Origin: Novosphingobium sp.
Lineage (GTDB): Bacteria > Pseudomonadota > Alphaproteobacteria > Sphingomonadales > Sphingomonadaceae
Direction: 5' to 3'
DNA: 64,000 nucleotides
NCBI GenBank assembly: GCA_046294595.1
Contig: JBKBKD010000012.1
Location: 5,864-69,863, forward strand
The translations under genes and the position numbers were made by a program. How positions within the stretch are numbered: position 1 is the stretch's first letter; each line of letters opens with the position of its first letter. Of the stretch, positions 21,823 to 32,562 are shown in pieces. Under the pieces are notes generated by a model. The model worked only from the letters and a program-made list of their open reading frames with translations, was not told the origin of the DNA and did no database searches.

Positions 21823-22227
21823 TCATGCATCCTGTCCCAGAAACTCGGAAGCGATCGTTATGTAGTTGCGTCCGGCATCGCGCGCCGCCGCTGTCGCTTC
21901 CTTCACGCCCATGCTGTTGCGGGCCTTGGCCAGCCTGATGAGCATGGGCAGGTTGATCCCGGCGATCACTTCGATCCGGCCTGCCTGCATCAGCGAAATG
22001 GCAAGGTTCGAAGGCGTGCCGCCGAACAGGTCGGTCAGGATGATGACGCCCTCGCCGCTGTCGACCCGGCGGATGGCGTCGGCAATTTCCTTGCGGCGCT
22101 TTTCCATGTCATCGTTGGGGCCGATGCAGACGCCGATGATATCCGTCTGCCGCCCGACAACGTGCTCCATCGCGTGGATGAACTCGTCGGCAAGCGCGCC
22201 GTGGGTAACCAGAATGAGACCAATCAT
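21823..22227 (-). CDS. PTS EIIA component, mannose type
   Basis: MIGLILVTHG, TDLFGGTPSN and GINLPML. Confidence 0.92.
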   Translation of the reverse strand: MIGLILVTHGALADEFIHAMEHVVGRQTDIIGVCIGPNDDMEKRRKEIADAIRRVDSGEGVIILTDLFGGTPSNLAISLMQAGRIEVIAGINLPMLIRLAKARNSMGVKEATAAARDAGRNYITIASEFLGQDA

Positions 22228-22423
22228 GAAAGGGACAGGCTCCGAAGTGCGGCCGTGCATCCCGCCCTGTCGGCCAGGGCCACCGGGACAGGAACAGCCG
22301 GGGCCGGGAAAGCCGAAAGGGCACGATGGCTGGGCACGCAAGACGATTGGGGATCGAAATGCATGGCTTCCAGTGCTGTCCCACCCATCCTTGTTCTTCC
22401 CCGCTGCCTGCGTCCGGTCCTGC

Positions 22424-23353
22424 TCACGGTTTTGCTCCTTCGAGCAGATCAGCCGGTCGCGACGCGAGGTTGCGATGGAGCAATGTGGGTGAAAATCCGG
22501 CGTCGCGCAAGGCAGAAGCAATCTGTTCGGCCATGAACACCGATCGGTGCCGCCCGCCGGTGCAGCCGAAAGCCACATGGACATAGGCTTTGCCCTGCTC
22601 CTCGTAGCGCGGCAGCAGCAGCAGCAGCAGATCGCGAATCCGGCTGAAAGCCTCGGCAAATGCGGGATCGGTGCGGATGTAATCGCCCACCGCAGCGTCC
22701 TGTCCGGTCTGCGGCCGCAGGGCATCGACCCAGTGCGGGTTGGCCAGGAACCGCATGTCGAAAACAAGATCGGCAAGGGGCGGGGTGCCGCGCGAAAATC
22801 CGAAGCTGCTGATCGTCAGCGTGGTGGGCGCGCCGGTCTCCTCGCCGAACTGTGCCCGAATCGCGGCTTGCAGATCATTGCTGGTATAGCTCGTGGTGCT
22901 GATCACCACATCGGCCCAGCGGCGCAGCGGCTCCAGAAGTTCCCGCTCGGCGGCGATGCCGACGGCAGCGGGCTTGTCCTCGCTCATCGGATGGCGACGG
23001 CGCGTTTCGTTGTAGCGCCGTTCCAGTTCCGTCCCTGCGCAATCAAGGAACAGGGTCGTGATCTGAAGGTCGGGGCGCTGCGACAGCGCCTTGACCAGCC
23101 GGATGGTGCGCGCCGGATCAAAGCCGCGCGTGCGCGTGTCGAAACCGATGGCCATCGGCGCGCCCGCTTCGATGCCCACCTCGCTCCGGGCCGAGCCGGG
23201 TTCGGTCTCCAGCAGGCGGTCCAGCAGGCGGATCGGGAAATTGTCGATGGCCTCCCACCCCAGATCCTCCAGCGTGCGCAGCGCGGTGGTCTTGCCCGCG
23301 CCAAGCAGGCCGGTCACGAGCAGGATGCGCTGGGGTGAAGGATCGCGGGTCAT
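22424..23353 (-). CDS. rapZ: RNase adapter RapZ
   Basis: VTGLLGAGKT, RRYNETRRRHP, SFGFSRG, FDMRFLANP and GCTGGRHRSV. Confidence 0.93.
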   Translation of the reverse strand: MTRDPSPQRILLVTGLLGAGKTTALRTLEDLGWEAIDNFPIRLLDRLLETEPGSARSEVGIEAGAPMAIGFDTRTRGFDPARTIRLVKALSQRPDLQITTLFLDCAGTELERRYNETRRRHPMSEDKPAAVGIAAERELLEPLRRWADVVISTTSYTSNDLQAAIRAQFGEETGAPTTLTISSFGFSRGTPPLADLVFDMRFLANPHWVDALRPQTGQDAAVGDYIRTDPAFAEAFSRIRDLLLLLLPRYEEQGKAYVHVAFGCTGGRHRSVFMAEQIASALRDAGFSPTLLHRNLASRPADLLEGAKP

Positions 23354-23459
23354 CTCGTGCTGCCTGCCTCTTGGTGCGGGATAACGCCCGCTCCCGTGCC
23401 GTGGCGCTTTGCGCGATTCCCGAAGGCTTGGAAAGTCCGCATGGGCCAACTCCTTCCCG

Positions 23460-23900
23460 TCAGGCCCGGTCCAGCCCATGCTGGCGCAGTGCCAGCTCCG
23501 CCCTCAGGGCAAGGACCGGGCTGGCCGGCCACAACCGCACCAGCGGCAGGTCCACCCCCAGAAGGCACGTCCGTTCGGCCGCCTCGATGAACCTTTCCGC
23601 CGCATCGTCAAGCCGGATCACCAGCGCCACCGGCACGGGGGCCGAGACCGGGAAGTCCACAAGGCCCACGTTGCGCACCTCCAGCTTGCCCGCAATCGCG
23701 GGATGCGGCGACGCCACCAGCCATCCATCCGCCACGTCCAGCAGCACGCCATCATCGCCCACCAGCATGCCCCCCCGGTCGATCAGGGCAAGCGCGAGGC
23801 TCGATTTGCCCGATCCGGGCGCGCCATCGATCAGCAGGCCCCGCCCGCCCACGGCCACGCACGAGAACTGCGCCGCGCGAAGTCCATCGGCCGCGCTCAT
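23460..23900 (-). CDS. hprK: Short HPr kinase/phosphorylase
   Basis: GAPGSGKSSLAL, LVGDD and LEVRNVG, in the conserved position after chvG. Confidence 0.85.
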   Translation of the reverse strand: MSAADGLRAAQFSCVAVGGRGLLIDGAPGSGKSSLALALIDRGGMLVGDDGVLLDVADGWLVASPHPAIAGKLEVRNVGLVDFPVSAPVPVALVIRLDDAAERFIEAAERTCLLGVDLPLVRLWPASPVLALRAELALRQHGLDRA

Positions 23901-25510
23901 TCGTCGGCCTCCCCATCCAGCGGCACGCTCAGCACCAGCCATGCGCCGCGCTTTCCATCGGGCCTGTCGGCAATCGTCAGCGTGCCGTCATGAGCTTCGG
24001 CAATCGTGCGGGCGATGGCAAGGCCCAGACCGCTGTGCGCGCCGAAGGCTTCCTCGACCGGGCGCACCGAATGGAACCGCTCGAACACCTTCTCGCGTTC
24101 GCTCTCCGGGATGCCCGGCCCCTCGTCGGCAACGGCGATATGGGCCGCTTCGCCATCGCCCCAGACGATCACCTCCACCACGCCCCCCGGCGGAGAGAAC
24201 GAGACCGCATTGTCCAGCAGGTTTTCCAGCACGCGCTCAAGCCGCGCGGCATCGCCGGGCACTACGCAGTCCCCGCCATCGCGGCGCAGGCGGACCGGCA
24301 CCGAACCGCGCGCGCGCACATCGCGCGCACCCACCACTTGCGCGGCAAGCGCGGCCAGATCGACCGGCAGGAAGGTCGCCCGGCTCAGTTCGGCATCGAT
24401 CCGGCTGGCATCGGCGATTTCGGTAATAAGGCGGTCGATGCGCTGCACATCGTGGGCGGCAATGTCGGCAAGCTGCCGGCGCAGCCCTGCATCCTCCACG
24501 CGCTGCATCGTCTCCAGCGCGCTCGACAGCGATGCCAGCGGGTTCTTCAGCTCGTGCGCCACATCGGCGGCGAAAGTTTCCACCGCGTCGATGCGCTGGC
24601 GCAGCGCGGTCGTCATGTCGGATACCGCGCGCGCCAGCAGGCCGATCTCGTCGCCCCGTTCGGGCAGGCGCGGCACCACCACTTCGCGCTCGCGGCCAAG
24701 CCGCACCCGCACCGCCGCGCGCACCAGCGCGCGCAGCGGCTGCACGATGGTCCGGGCCAGATAGAGCGAAAGCTGCACCGAAAGCAGCAGCGCAAGGCCG
24801 ATGATGATGACCAGCGTCTGGCGCGCATCGCGGACCGACTGCGTGATGTCGAGCGCATTGCGCAGCGAAAGCAGAACCTCGCCCTGCGCGCCCACCGGGG
24901 TTGCCGCCGTGATGATCGGAGTGCGGTCGGGCGCATAGCGCAGATAGACCTCGGTCTGGCCGGAGGTGCGCGCCGCCTGGATTTCGGGCCATGAACCGGC
25001 GGGGCGTTCGGCCGTATCGCTGTAGCGCTCGATCACGGGCGCATTGACGATGAAGTCCATCCCCCGGTCGAGCCAGCGCGCCGCCTGCTGATACCACGGC
25101 TCGCTTTCCGGATCGATCAGCGCGAAGGAAGGCGGCGCCAGCGCGAAACTGTCGGCCAGCAGGTGGCTCTGCGCGTCGTAGAGCCGCAGTCGCAGAGCCT
25201 GTTCGCTGCCGATCCGGGCAAGCAGCTGGCGGCGACGCGCCGCATCGGCGCCCTCCAGCGCTTCGGCGGCGATTTCCACTTCGGCCCGCGCCAGCTTGAA
25301 GCGCTCCTCGATGAGCTGCTTGCGATAGCTGTCGAGGTAGAAGAAGCCGCCCGCCAGCAGCGCCAGCGCGATGACGTTGACAAACAGGATGCGGGTGGTG
25401 AGCGAGACCCCGCGAATGCGCCACAACTGGCGCAGCCGCCCGCCCGCCCTGTCGCGCGCCGGGTGCGGCGCGGCGCTATTGCTCGTCGGCAAAGCTGTAG
25501 CCTGCGCCAT
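23897..25510 (-). CDS. chvG: Sensor histidine kinase ChvG/ExoS-like (start uncertain)
   Basis: [16 protein letters not shown] domain, [20 protein letters not shown] and HSGLGLAI. Confidence 0.88.
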   Translation of the reverse strand: MAQATALPTSNSAAPHPARDRAGGRLRQLWRIRGVSLTTRILFVNVIALALLAGGFFYLDSYRKQLIEERFKLARAEVEIAAEALEGADAARRRQLLARIGSEQALRLRLYDAQSHLLADSFALAPPSFALIDPESEPWYQQAARWLDRGMDFIVNAPVIERYSDTAERPAGSWPEIQAARTSGQTEVYLRYAPDRTPIITAATPVGAQGEVLLSLRNALDITQSVRDARQTLVIIIGLALLLSVQLSLYLARTIVQPLRALVRAAVRVRLGREREVVVPRLPERGDEIGLLARAVSDMTTALRQRIDAVETFAADVAHELKNPLASLSSALETMQRVEDAGLRRQLADIAAHDVQRIDRLITEIADASRIDAELSRATFLPVDLAALAAQVVGARDVRARGSVPVRLRRDGGDCVVPGDAARLERVLENLLDNAVSFSPPGGVVEVIVWGDGEAAHIAVADEGPGIPESEREKVFERFHSVRPVEEAFGAHSGLGLAIARTIAEAHDGTLTIADRPDGKRGAWLVLSVPLDGEADE

Positions 25511-26234
25511 AGAGCGTCTCGATCGCGCCGAAGCCCGGATCCACCGCGCGGAACTTGCGGCGCAGGCGCTTGATGTGGCTGTCGATCGTGCGGTCATCGA
25601 CGAAGACATCGTCGTGATAGGCCGCGTCCATGAGCTGGTTGCGCGTCTTCACCACGCCCGGCCGCAGTGCCAGAGCTTCGAGAATCAGGAACTCGGTCAC
25701 GGTCAGAGAGACGGCCTGCCCGTTCCAGGTCACGGCATGGCGCGCCGGATCCATCACGAGGCGCCCCCGGCGGATCGCTTCGGGCAGGGGTTCGCCTTCC
25801 TGCGCCTCCTGCGCCGCCTCGCGCCGCACGATCTCGCTGCGGCGCAGGATCGCCCTGATCCGCGCCACCAGCAGCCGGTGGCTGAAAGGCTTGGCGATGT
25901 AGTCGTCAGCCCCCATCGAAAGGCCCAGCGCCTCGTCGGCCTCGTCGTCCTTGCTGGTCAGGAAGATCACCGGAAGATCGCTCTTCTCCCGCAGCCGCCG
26001 CAGCAGTTCCAGACCGTCCATGCGCGGCATCTTGATGTCGCACACGGCAAGGTCTGGCGGATTGTCGAGCAGGGCTTTGAGCGCACTATCGCCATCGTTG
26101 TAGAGCCGGGTGGCAAAGCCTTCGGTCTGGAGGGCGATCGAAACCGTGGTCAGGATGTTGCGGTCATCATCGACCAGCGCGATCGTGCGCGCGGTGTCGG
26201 GGGCATCCGGGCGGGCGGGCTGGGTGCTGGCCAT
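25476..26234 (-). CDS. chvI: Response regulator ChvI
   Basis: [40 protein letters not shown] and ETLYGAGY. Divergent from pckA. Confidence 0.92.
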   Translation of the reverse strand: MASTQPARPDAPDTARTIALVDDDRNILTTVSIALQTEGFATRLYNDGDSALKALLDNPPDLAVCDIKMPRMDGLELLRRLREKSDLPVIFLTSKDDEADEALGLSMGADDYIAKPFSHRLLVARIRAILRRSEIVRREAAQEAQEGEPLPEAIRRGRLVMDPARHAVTWNGQAVSLTVTEFLILEALALRPGVVKTRNQLMDAAYHDDVFVDDRTIDSHIKRLRRKFRAVDPGFGAIETLYGAGYSFADEQ

Positions 26235-26536
26235 TGCCTCATCGGGCATACCGGCTGGCGCGGCACCTTGCAACGTGCCCGCATGACCCTTGCCCAAGGC
26301 GCGGTTGCGGACCTGGTCCGAAGGCGGCGTCGGCACTGCGCCTTCGGGCAGGATCGAAAGTTGCACGTCGCGCAACTCGCTGCGCAAAAATCTTCATTGT
26401 CGCTGCGGATTTGACGCAGCATTTGCAGCACACTATGCGCGGAGCGAGAATCAGCGCATTCGTATTCGCTAACCGTGTGCCGGATGGGCGTCATCTCCCT
26501 GGCGTCCGCCTCGGCACCGCAACCGGAGGCCCGCAA

Positions 26537-28141
26537 GTGTCCGATACCAGCCTGAACGTGTCCCTCGCCAGCCAGGGTTTCCCGCAGCCGGCGGAACTGT
26601 TCGCCAATCTCGGCACCGCCCCTCTGGTCGAACATGCGGTGCGCAACGGCGAAGGGCTGCTGTGCGTCGATGGCCCGCTGGTGGTCGAGACCGGCAAGCA
26701 CACCGGCCGTTCGGCGAAGGACAAGTTCATCGTGCGCGATGCGACCACCGAAAACACCGTGTGGTGGGGCAAGACCAACGTGGCGATGACGCCCGAACAC
26801 TTTGCCGCGCTCAAGGCCGATTTCCTCAAGGCACTGTCGGAAAAGAACCGTCTCTACGTGGCCGACCTGTTCGGCGGCTCGCAGCCCGAACACCGCGTCA
26901 ACGTGCGCGTCATCAACGAACTGGCGTGGCACAACCTGTTCATCCGCACCCTGCTGGTGCGCCCCACGGACGAAGAGCTTGCCGCGTTCGTGCCCGAATA
27001 CACCATCATCGACCTGCCCAGCTTCCGCGCCGATCCCGCGCGCCACGGCTGCCGCAGCGAAACCGTGATCGCGGTCAACTTCACCGAAAAGCTGATCCTC
27101 ATCGGCGGCACGGCCTATGCCGGCGAAATGAAGAAGTCGGTCTTCGGCATTCTCAACTACCTCCTTCCGGCCAAGGGCGTCATGCCGATGCACTGCTCGG
27201 CCAATGTCGGCCCCGATGGCAAGACCGCGGTGTTCTTCGGCCTTTCGGGCACCGGCAAGACCACGCTTTCCGCTGATGCCAGCCGCACGCTCATCGGCGA
27301 CGACGAGCACGGCTGGTCCGATACCGCCGTCTTCAACTTCGAAGGCGGCTGCTATGCCAAGATGATCCGCCTCTCGGCCGAAGCCGAACCGGAAATCTTC
27401 GCCACCACCAAGCGGTTCGGCACGGTGCTCGAAAACGTCGTGATCGATCCCGTCACCCGCAAGATCGATCTGGATGACAACCGCCTTGCCGAAAACAGCC
27501 GCGGTTCCTACCCGATCGACTTCATCCCGAACGCTTCGGAAAAGAACCTCGGCCCGGTTCCGGCGAACCTCATCTTCCTCACCGCCGATGCCTATGGCGT
27601 CCTGCCGCCGATTGCGCGCCTCACGCCCGATCAGGCGATGTATCACTTCCTTTCGGGCTACACCGCGCGCGTTGCGGGCACCGAAATCGGCGTGACCGAA
27701 CCGGAAGCCACCTTCTCCACCTGCTTCGGCGCGCCCTTCATGCCGCGCCACCCCTCGGTCTATGGCAATCTTCTGAAGGAACGCATCGCCAGGGGCGGGG
27801 TCAAGTGCTGGCTCGTCAACACCGGCTGGTCGGGCGGCAAGGCCACGATGGAAGGCATCAAGCGCATGCCGATCAAGGCCACGCGCGCCCTGCTCAACGC
27901 CGCGCTGGATGGCAGCCTCAACAACGCCACCTTCCGCAAGGATCCGAACTTCGGCTTCGAAGTTCCGGTCGAAGTGCCCGGCGTGGAAACCCGCCTGCTC
28001 GATCCGCGCGGCGCCTGGGCGGATGCAGAGGAATACGACAAGACCGCCCAGGAACTGGTGCGCAAGTTCGTCGACAACTTCCAGCAGTTTGCCGATCACG
28101 TCGATCAGTCGGTGCGCGATGCCGCGCCCGCTGCCGCCTGA
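26537..28141 (+). CDS. pckA: Phosphoenolpyruvate carboxykinase (ATP)
   Basis: [29 protein letters not shown] and [11 protein letters not shown] start with GGAGG RBS. Confidence 0.96.
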   Translation: MSDTSLNVSLASQGFPQPAELFANLGTAPLVEHAVRNGEGLLCVDGPLVVETGKHTGRSAKDKFIVRDATTENTVWWGKTNVAMTPEHFAALKADFLKALSEKNRLYVADLFGGSQPEHRVNVRVINELAWHNLFIRTLLVRPTDEELAAFVPEYTIIDLPSFRADPARHGCRSETVIAVNFTEKLILIGGTAYAGEMKKSVFGILNYLLPAKGVMPMHCSANVGPDGKTAVFFGLSGTGKTTLSADASRTLIGDDEHGWSDTAVFNFEGGCYAKMIRLSAEAEPEIFATTKRFGTVLENVVIDPVTRKIDLDDNRLAENSRGSYPIDFIPNASEKNLGPVPANLIFLTADAYGVLPPIARLTPDQAMYHFLSGYTARVAGTEIGVTEPEATFSTCFGAPFMPRHPSVYGNLLKERIARGGVKCWLVNTGWSGGKATMEGIKRMPIKATRALLNAALDGSLNNATFRKDPNFGFEVPVEVPGVETRLLDPRGAWADAEEYDKTAQELVRKFVDNFQQFADHVDQSVRDAAPAAA

Positions 28142-28171
28142 TCCGGTCTTTCCCGCAATATCCGACAAGTG

Positions 28172-28202
28172 CGAGGCCCCCTGCGGGGCCTCGTTTCGTT
28201 TC
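28172..28202 (+). terminator. Intrinsic terminator after pckA
   Basis: cgaggcccc-ctgc-ggggcctcg followed by tttcgttt. Confidence 0.8.
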
Positions 28203-28333
28203 GGCCGGCACCATGCCGGGGCCGCAGCGTTACCGCGCCATGACAGGATGCGGTCAGATGAAACCTCGCTGGCATGAAACCGTAAAGCCCCGGTCATCAC
28301 GCTGCCCTAGTCTGGCGGGATGAAAGGTTCATC

Positions 28334-29191
28334 ATGAGCGCAGTGCTCCCGGCATCACCCCTGCGCGCCACGTCAAACGCCGCAACGACGGCCGCGGCGC
28401 CTCCTGAGCGGCGCCTCAGTGTCCGCCTCGCCCGCACTGCCGATGATCTGCGCGCCGTCCAGAAACTGCGCTGGACGGTGTTCTTTGAGGAGCGTGGGGC
28501 CGGTGCCGTCACGCAGGCAAACGATGCCGCACCGCTGCTCGACCGCGACAAATATGACGAGCTTTGCGATCACCTGCTGGTCATCGACGAGGCCGCCGCA
28601 GATGCCGGGAACGGGTCTGCCAATGTCGTTGGCACATACCGTCTGCTGCGCGAAAGCGTGGCCCGCGCGCACGACGGTTTCTATTCGGCCGGGGAATACG
28701 ATCTCTCGCCGCTGACCGGGGGCGCCTCGCGTCCTGATGGCGAACTGCTCGAACTCGGCCGCTCATGCGTGCTGCCCGCCTATCGCACCAGCGCGACCAT
28801 CGCCCTGCTCTGGCGCGGCATTTCGGAATATATCGCAGCCAACCGCATTGCCCTGATGTTCGGCTGCGCCTCGTTTGCAGGAACCGACCCGTCGGTTCAT
28901 GCCGCACCGCTTTCGTGGCTCCATCACCACCACCTTGCCCCCGAAGCGATCCGGCCGCGCGTTCATGCCGGGCTGGGTTCGCGCATGGACCTGCTGGCCC
29001 CCGGACAATACGATCCGCGCGCCGCCATGCTGGCGCTGCCCCCGCTCATCAAGGGCTATCTGCGCACGGGCGCCTGCTTTGGCGACGGGGCGTTCATCGA
29101 TCACGGCTTCAACACCGTGGATGTCTGCGTGGTCATGCCGGTGGCGCGCATCACGGCGCGTTATGCCGCCCGCTTCAACGTGGCCTCCTGA
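28334..29191 (+). CDS. olsB: OlsB-like L-ornithine N-acyltransferase (GNAT, Acetyltransf_5)
   Basis: DKYDELCDHLLV, VVGTYRL, GFYSAGEYD, LELGRSCV, MFGCASF and LPPLIKGYLR. Confidence 0.8.
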   Translation: MSAVLPASPLRATSNAATTAAAPPERRLSVRLARTADDLRAVQKLRWTVFFEERGAGAVTQANDAAPLLDRDKYDELCDHLLVIDEAAADAGNGSANVVGTYRLLRESVARAHDGFYSAGEYDLSPLTGGASRPDGELLELGRSCVLPAYRTSATIALLWRGISEYIAANRIALMFGCASFAGTDPSVHAAPLSWLHHHHLAPEAIRPRVHAGLGSRMDLLAPGQYDPRAAMLALPPLIKGYLRTGACFGDGAFIDHGFNTVDVCVVMPVARITARYAARFNVAS

Positions 29192-29922
29192 GCGGCAATC
29201 CGTTCGGCCAGCCGCGCGGCGATGACCGCTTCGGCCCGGCGCGCGGCGGCCTTGCGGTCAGTCGCCGAAAACGGCTCCTCGAACCAGATTTCGAGCGTTG
29301 CGCCGCCTTCGCGGGCAAGCCGGACCGCATGGGGAAGCAGCAGGGCATCACCCAGCCATGCGGCCAGCCTCCGGTCGCGCGCCGTGCGATAGACCAGTCC
29401 CACCGGCTGCACGACAAAAGGCACCGCCCTGCGCGCCATGCGGCTGCCTGAGGGCGCGTCGTCGCCCTCCGCCTGCGCACCCATCAGGCTGCTCTGGAAA
29501 CGCAGCACCCGGTCGCCCGGCCCGGTCGTTCCTTCCGGAAAGAGCACGACCCTGCCGCCTTGCGCCAGACGCGCGGCGATCTGCCCGCGGATGGCAAGCG
29601 CGCCGATCCGCGCCCCGCGATCGACGAAGATACACCCGATCCGGCGCGCACCGGCACCGATCACCGGCCAGCGCGCCACTTCCGCCTTGGCGATGAAACT
29701 GGCCTTCACCCAGCGCCCCAGGGCAACGATGTCGATCCAGGAAACGTGATTGGCCAGCAGCATCGTCCCGCCTTCCACCGGGCGGCCATGCACTTCCACC
29801 CGGATCCTGAAGGCCGCCAGCACCATGGCCCAGCCTGCCCGCTCGATCGCCCGGAACGGCAGAACCAGCCGCAGCAGGCCGCATGTCATGATGACCAGAA
29901 GCGCAAATACCGTCCGCAGCAC
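29161..29922 (-). CDS. Lysophospholipid/lyso-ornithine-lipid acyltransferase (OlsA/PlsC-like)
   Basis: ANHVSWID (HX4D), FIAKAEV, FVDR and FPEGTT. Confidence 0.85.
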   Translation of the reverse strand: MLRTVFALLVIMTCGLLRLVLPFRAIERAGWAMVLAAFRIRVEVHGRPVEGGTMLLANHVSWIDIVALGRWVKASFIAKAEVARWPVIGAGARRIGCIFVDRGARIGALAIRGQIAARLAQGGRVVLFPEGTTGPGDRVLRFQSSLMGAQAEGDDAPSGSRMARRAVPFVVQPVGLVYRTARDRRLAAWLGDALLLPHAVRLAREGGATLEIWFEEPFSATDRKAAARRAEAVIAARLAERIAAQEATLKRAA

Positions 29923-30020
29923 GCCGCAATTGTCCCGACCCTTGTCTGGCGGGACACTACATCCGCAATCTGACAGTCGTGCGACGCAGCCAGCCGGTGG
30001 TCCTTGCCGGAACCGACCGT

Positions 30021-31010
30021 TCAGGCCGCCAGAAACCGTTCCACGAAGCTGCCGATCTGGGCGAAGTTCACCCCCAGTGCGCGGATGGGCTGGCCATAAC
30101 CCTTGATGTCGATTTCGATCAGCGGGTCGGGGCGGAAACGAACATCGCCAAGGGCATGAAACACGTCCTGCGCGATGAGCACGTCGCAGCCGGTTTCCTT
30201 CGTCGCCGTCTCAAGCCGGAAGGCAATGTTCACTGCTTCGCCCATCGCGGTGAAATCGGCAGCCCCGCCATGGCCGATGTTGCCGACCGAGGCCATGCCC
30301 GCGTTGTAGCCACAGCCGAAGCGCAGCAGCCCCGGCGGGCGATGGCGCTTTTCGGCCACGCGGAAAATCTCCTGATAGCCGCTTATCACGTCCAGCACCG
30401 TCACCACATCGCGCCGGGCAAGGGCATTGGCCGGATGCAGCCACACTGCCATGATCGCATCACCGATGAACTTGGTCGACCAGACGCCCGCGTCATCCAG
30501 CATTGCCCCTGCTTCGCGGTTGATCTCGGCCATCAGCGCGGCAATCGCCTGCTCGCCCATCGCCGCCGAAAGCCTGGTGAAGCCGCGGATGTCGATCACC
30601 AGCGTGCTGACCAGCTGCGTATCGACATGGATCTGCGTCTGGCCTGCCAGGGGATCGGTCAGATCAACCGGGGCCTCGTTCTGGATCAGCTCGATCACGC
30701 AGCGCCCGATCTGGATACGGTCGCCCGAACGCAGGCGCGTCGGCGCCTGCACCGGCCGCCCGTTCAGCCAGGTCCCGTTGGTGCTGCCCAGATCGTTGAG
30801 AATGCAGTGCCCGCTGGCATTCCGGCGGATGATGGCATGCTCGCGCGAGGCCAGACTGTCGGCCAGAACGACCGTATTCGAGGGCGCGCGCCCGAATCCG
30901 CAGATGCCAAGCCGCGCGAGCGGAATGTCGCGCAGCCCTTCCCCGTCAAGCATCCGCAGAACCGTATCGCAATCCTCGGTCGCCAAAGCCCCCTCCGCAG
31001 ATCGATACAC
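30021..31010 (-). CDS. FHA domain-class III adenylate cyclase fusion
   Basis: FHA motifs GR, SREHA and DLGSTNGT. Cyclase motifs DIRGFT, KFIGDA and DFTAMGEAVNIAFRLE. Confidence 0.88.
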   Translation of the reverse strand: MYRSAEGALATEDCDTVLRMLDGEGLRDIPLARLGICGFGRAPSNTVVLADSLASREHAIIRRNASGHCILNDLGSTNGTWLNGRPVQAPTRLRSGDRIQIGRCVIELIQNEAPVDLTDPLAGQTQIHVDTQLVSTLVIDIRGFTRLSAAMGEQAIAALMAEINREAGAMLDDAGVWSTKFIGDAIMAVWLHPANALARRDVVTVLDVISGYQEIFRVAEKRHRPPGLLRFGCGYNAGMASVGNIGHGGAADFTAMGEAVNIAFRLETATKETGCDVLIAQDVFHALGDVRFRPDPLIEIDIKGYGQPIRALGVNFAQIGSFVERFLAA

Positions 31011-31210
31011 TTGTAATCATGTCGGTGCGCGGGGAATGTGCCCTATCACACTCTTGCCGCCCCCATCTCGCTCTTGCCGCTCAAGTGTCCCGCATCGGGA
31101 TGGCAGGATCGTCGCGAGTCGGCAACAATCGATGCCAGCCTGCGCCTTCGGCGGCAAAGACCGCAGCTCAAGGACGATCTCACGGGCCATCCCGCCCGCC
31201 TCGCGGCCGC

Positions 31211-31801
31211 TCAGGCGAACAGCGCGCTGGCCTTCAGCAGGTTGTAGGCTTCCACCACTTCCTGCAAGCGAGCCTCGTGGCTCCGGTCGCCGCCGTTGCG
31301 GTCGGGGTGATACTTGCGCACCAGTTCGGAATAGCGGCTGCGCAGCGCGCGCCGGTCAGCGCCGTAATCCAGCTTCAGCGCATCATAGGCCTTGCGCTCG
31401 TCCGGGCTGATGCCGCGCCGTGCCGCTTCGGCCGCCTTCTGGTGGTCGGCGCGCCGCGCCCGCGCCCTCTGCGCGATCGCCTCAAGCGGATCGGCAAAAT
31501 CGGCCCAGCGCGGCGCGGCATCGATCCCGGCATCGGGGCGGAAGGCGCGCGTCTCGCGCTCCCACCCGGCAATCGGCGATTGGGCGCGCAGGATTTCCTC
31601 CGGCGTCATCCCCGCAAAGAAATCATAGCCCGCGTTGAACTGGCGCACGTGATCGAGGCAGAACCAGCGGTAGTCCCCCGGCCCGTCGAACCCCGGCCCG
31701 CGCGCGCCCGGCGCACGGAACTCGCCCGGCTCCTCGCATCCGGGAGCCTGGCAGACGTGGCCCGTGCCTTCCACGCGTCCATGGAACCTGTCATTTCGCA
31801 T
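31211..31801 (-). CDS. J-domain protein (alphaproteobacterial type, C-terminal HPD)
   Basis: C..PGC..PGEFRAP, WFCLDHVRQFNAGYDFF and HPDRNGGD. Confidence 0.9.
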   Translation of the reverse strand: MRNDRFHGRVEGTGHVCQAPGCEEPGEFRAPGARGPGFDGPGDYRWFCLDHVRQFNAGYDFFAGMTPEEILRAQSPIAGWERETRAFRPDAGIDAAPRWADFADPLEAIAQRARARRADHQKAAEAARRGISPDERKAYDALKLDYGADRRALRSRYSELVRKYHPDRNGGDRSHEARLQEVVEAYNLLKASALFA

Positions 31802-31841
31802 CGGCTGTCCACATGGCGGCGAACGCGCTAGAAGAAAAGCC

Positions 31842-32117
31842 ATGACCGGACCAATCGCACAGGAAATCGAACGCCTCCTTGCCGAGGCTTTCGCCCCCAC
31901 TCGCCTCGCGGTGATCAACGACAGCGCCTCCCATGCAGGCCACATGGGCGATGACGGCACGGGCGAATCCCACTTCACCGTGGAAATCGAAAGCGCCGCC
32001 TTCATCGGCGAGTCACGCGTGAACCGGCAGCGCATGGTCAACAAGGCCCTCGGAGACCTCCCCGGCCAGCGCGTCCACGCCCTTGCGATCAAGGCCCGCG
32101 CGCCCGGTGAAGGGTAA
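31842..32117 (+). CDS. bolA: BolA family protein
   Basis: NDSASHAGH, GESHF, RVNRQRMV and VHALAI. Confidence 0.92.
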   Translation: MTGPIAQEIERLLAEAFAPTRLAVINDSASHAGHMGDDGTGESHFTVEIESAAFIGESRVNRQRMVNKALGDLPGQRVHALAIKARAPGEG

Positions 32118-32562
32118 CGCGGCAAGCGGGCGCCGCATCCGCCGGGCCGCCCGCGTCCTTCTGCTGGACGAGCACGACCGCCTGCTCCTCATCCGCTTCG
32201 CGCCAAAGGACCGCCGCCCGTTCTGGTGCGGCGTGGGCGGGGAATGCGATCCGGACGAGGATTTCCACAGTGCGGCCCTGCGCGAAGTCCATGAGGAAAC
32301 CGGCCTTCGGCTGGAAACCTGCGGCCCCGAAATCGCCCGCCGCACCGATGATTACCTCACGCTCGAAGGCGAACCCATCACGTCGGACGAACGCTTCTTC
32401 CGCGTGAGGACGCGCAGCTTCACGCCCGACACGTCCCGCCACACCGCGATCGAGCGCGAACTGATCCACACCTTCCGCTGGTTCACCCGCACCGAACTGG
32501 CAAACTGGCACGAACCGGTGTTCCCCGTGAACATCCTCGACCTTTTAGACACACCTCTTTGA
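32107..32562 (+). CDS. NUDIX hydrolase
   Basis: Nudix box GGECDPDEDFHSAALREVHEETG. Confidence 0.88.
   Translation: MKGNAASGRRIRRAARVLLLDEHDRLLLIRFAPKDRRPFWCGVGGECDPDEDFHSAALREVHEETGLRLETCGPEIARRTDDYLTLEGEPITSDERFFRVRTRSFTPDTSRHTAIERELIHTFRWFTRTELANWHEPVFPVNILDLLDTPL

Noticed and set aside
20669-28141. chvI-chvG-hprK-rapZ-EIIA-HPr/pckA locus as a novel system
   Set aside because: A well-known conserved alphaproteobacterial arrangement.
28240-28326. ATGA(C/A)A(G/C) repeats upstream of olsB as a Pho box
   Set aside because: Spacings of 18, 16 and 46 bp do not match the 11-bp PhoB repeat period.
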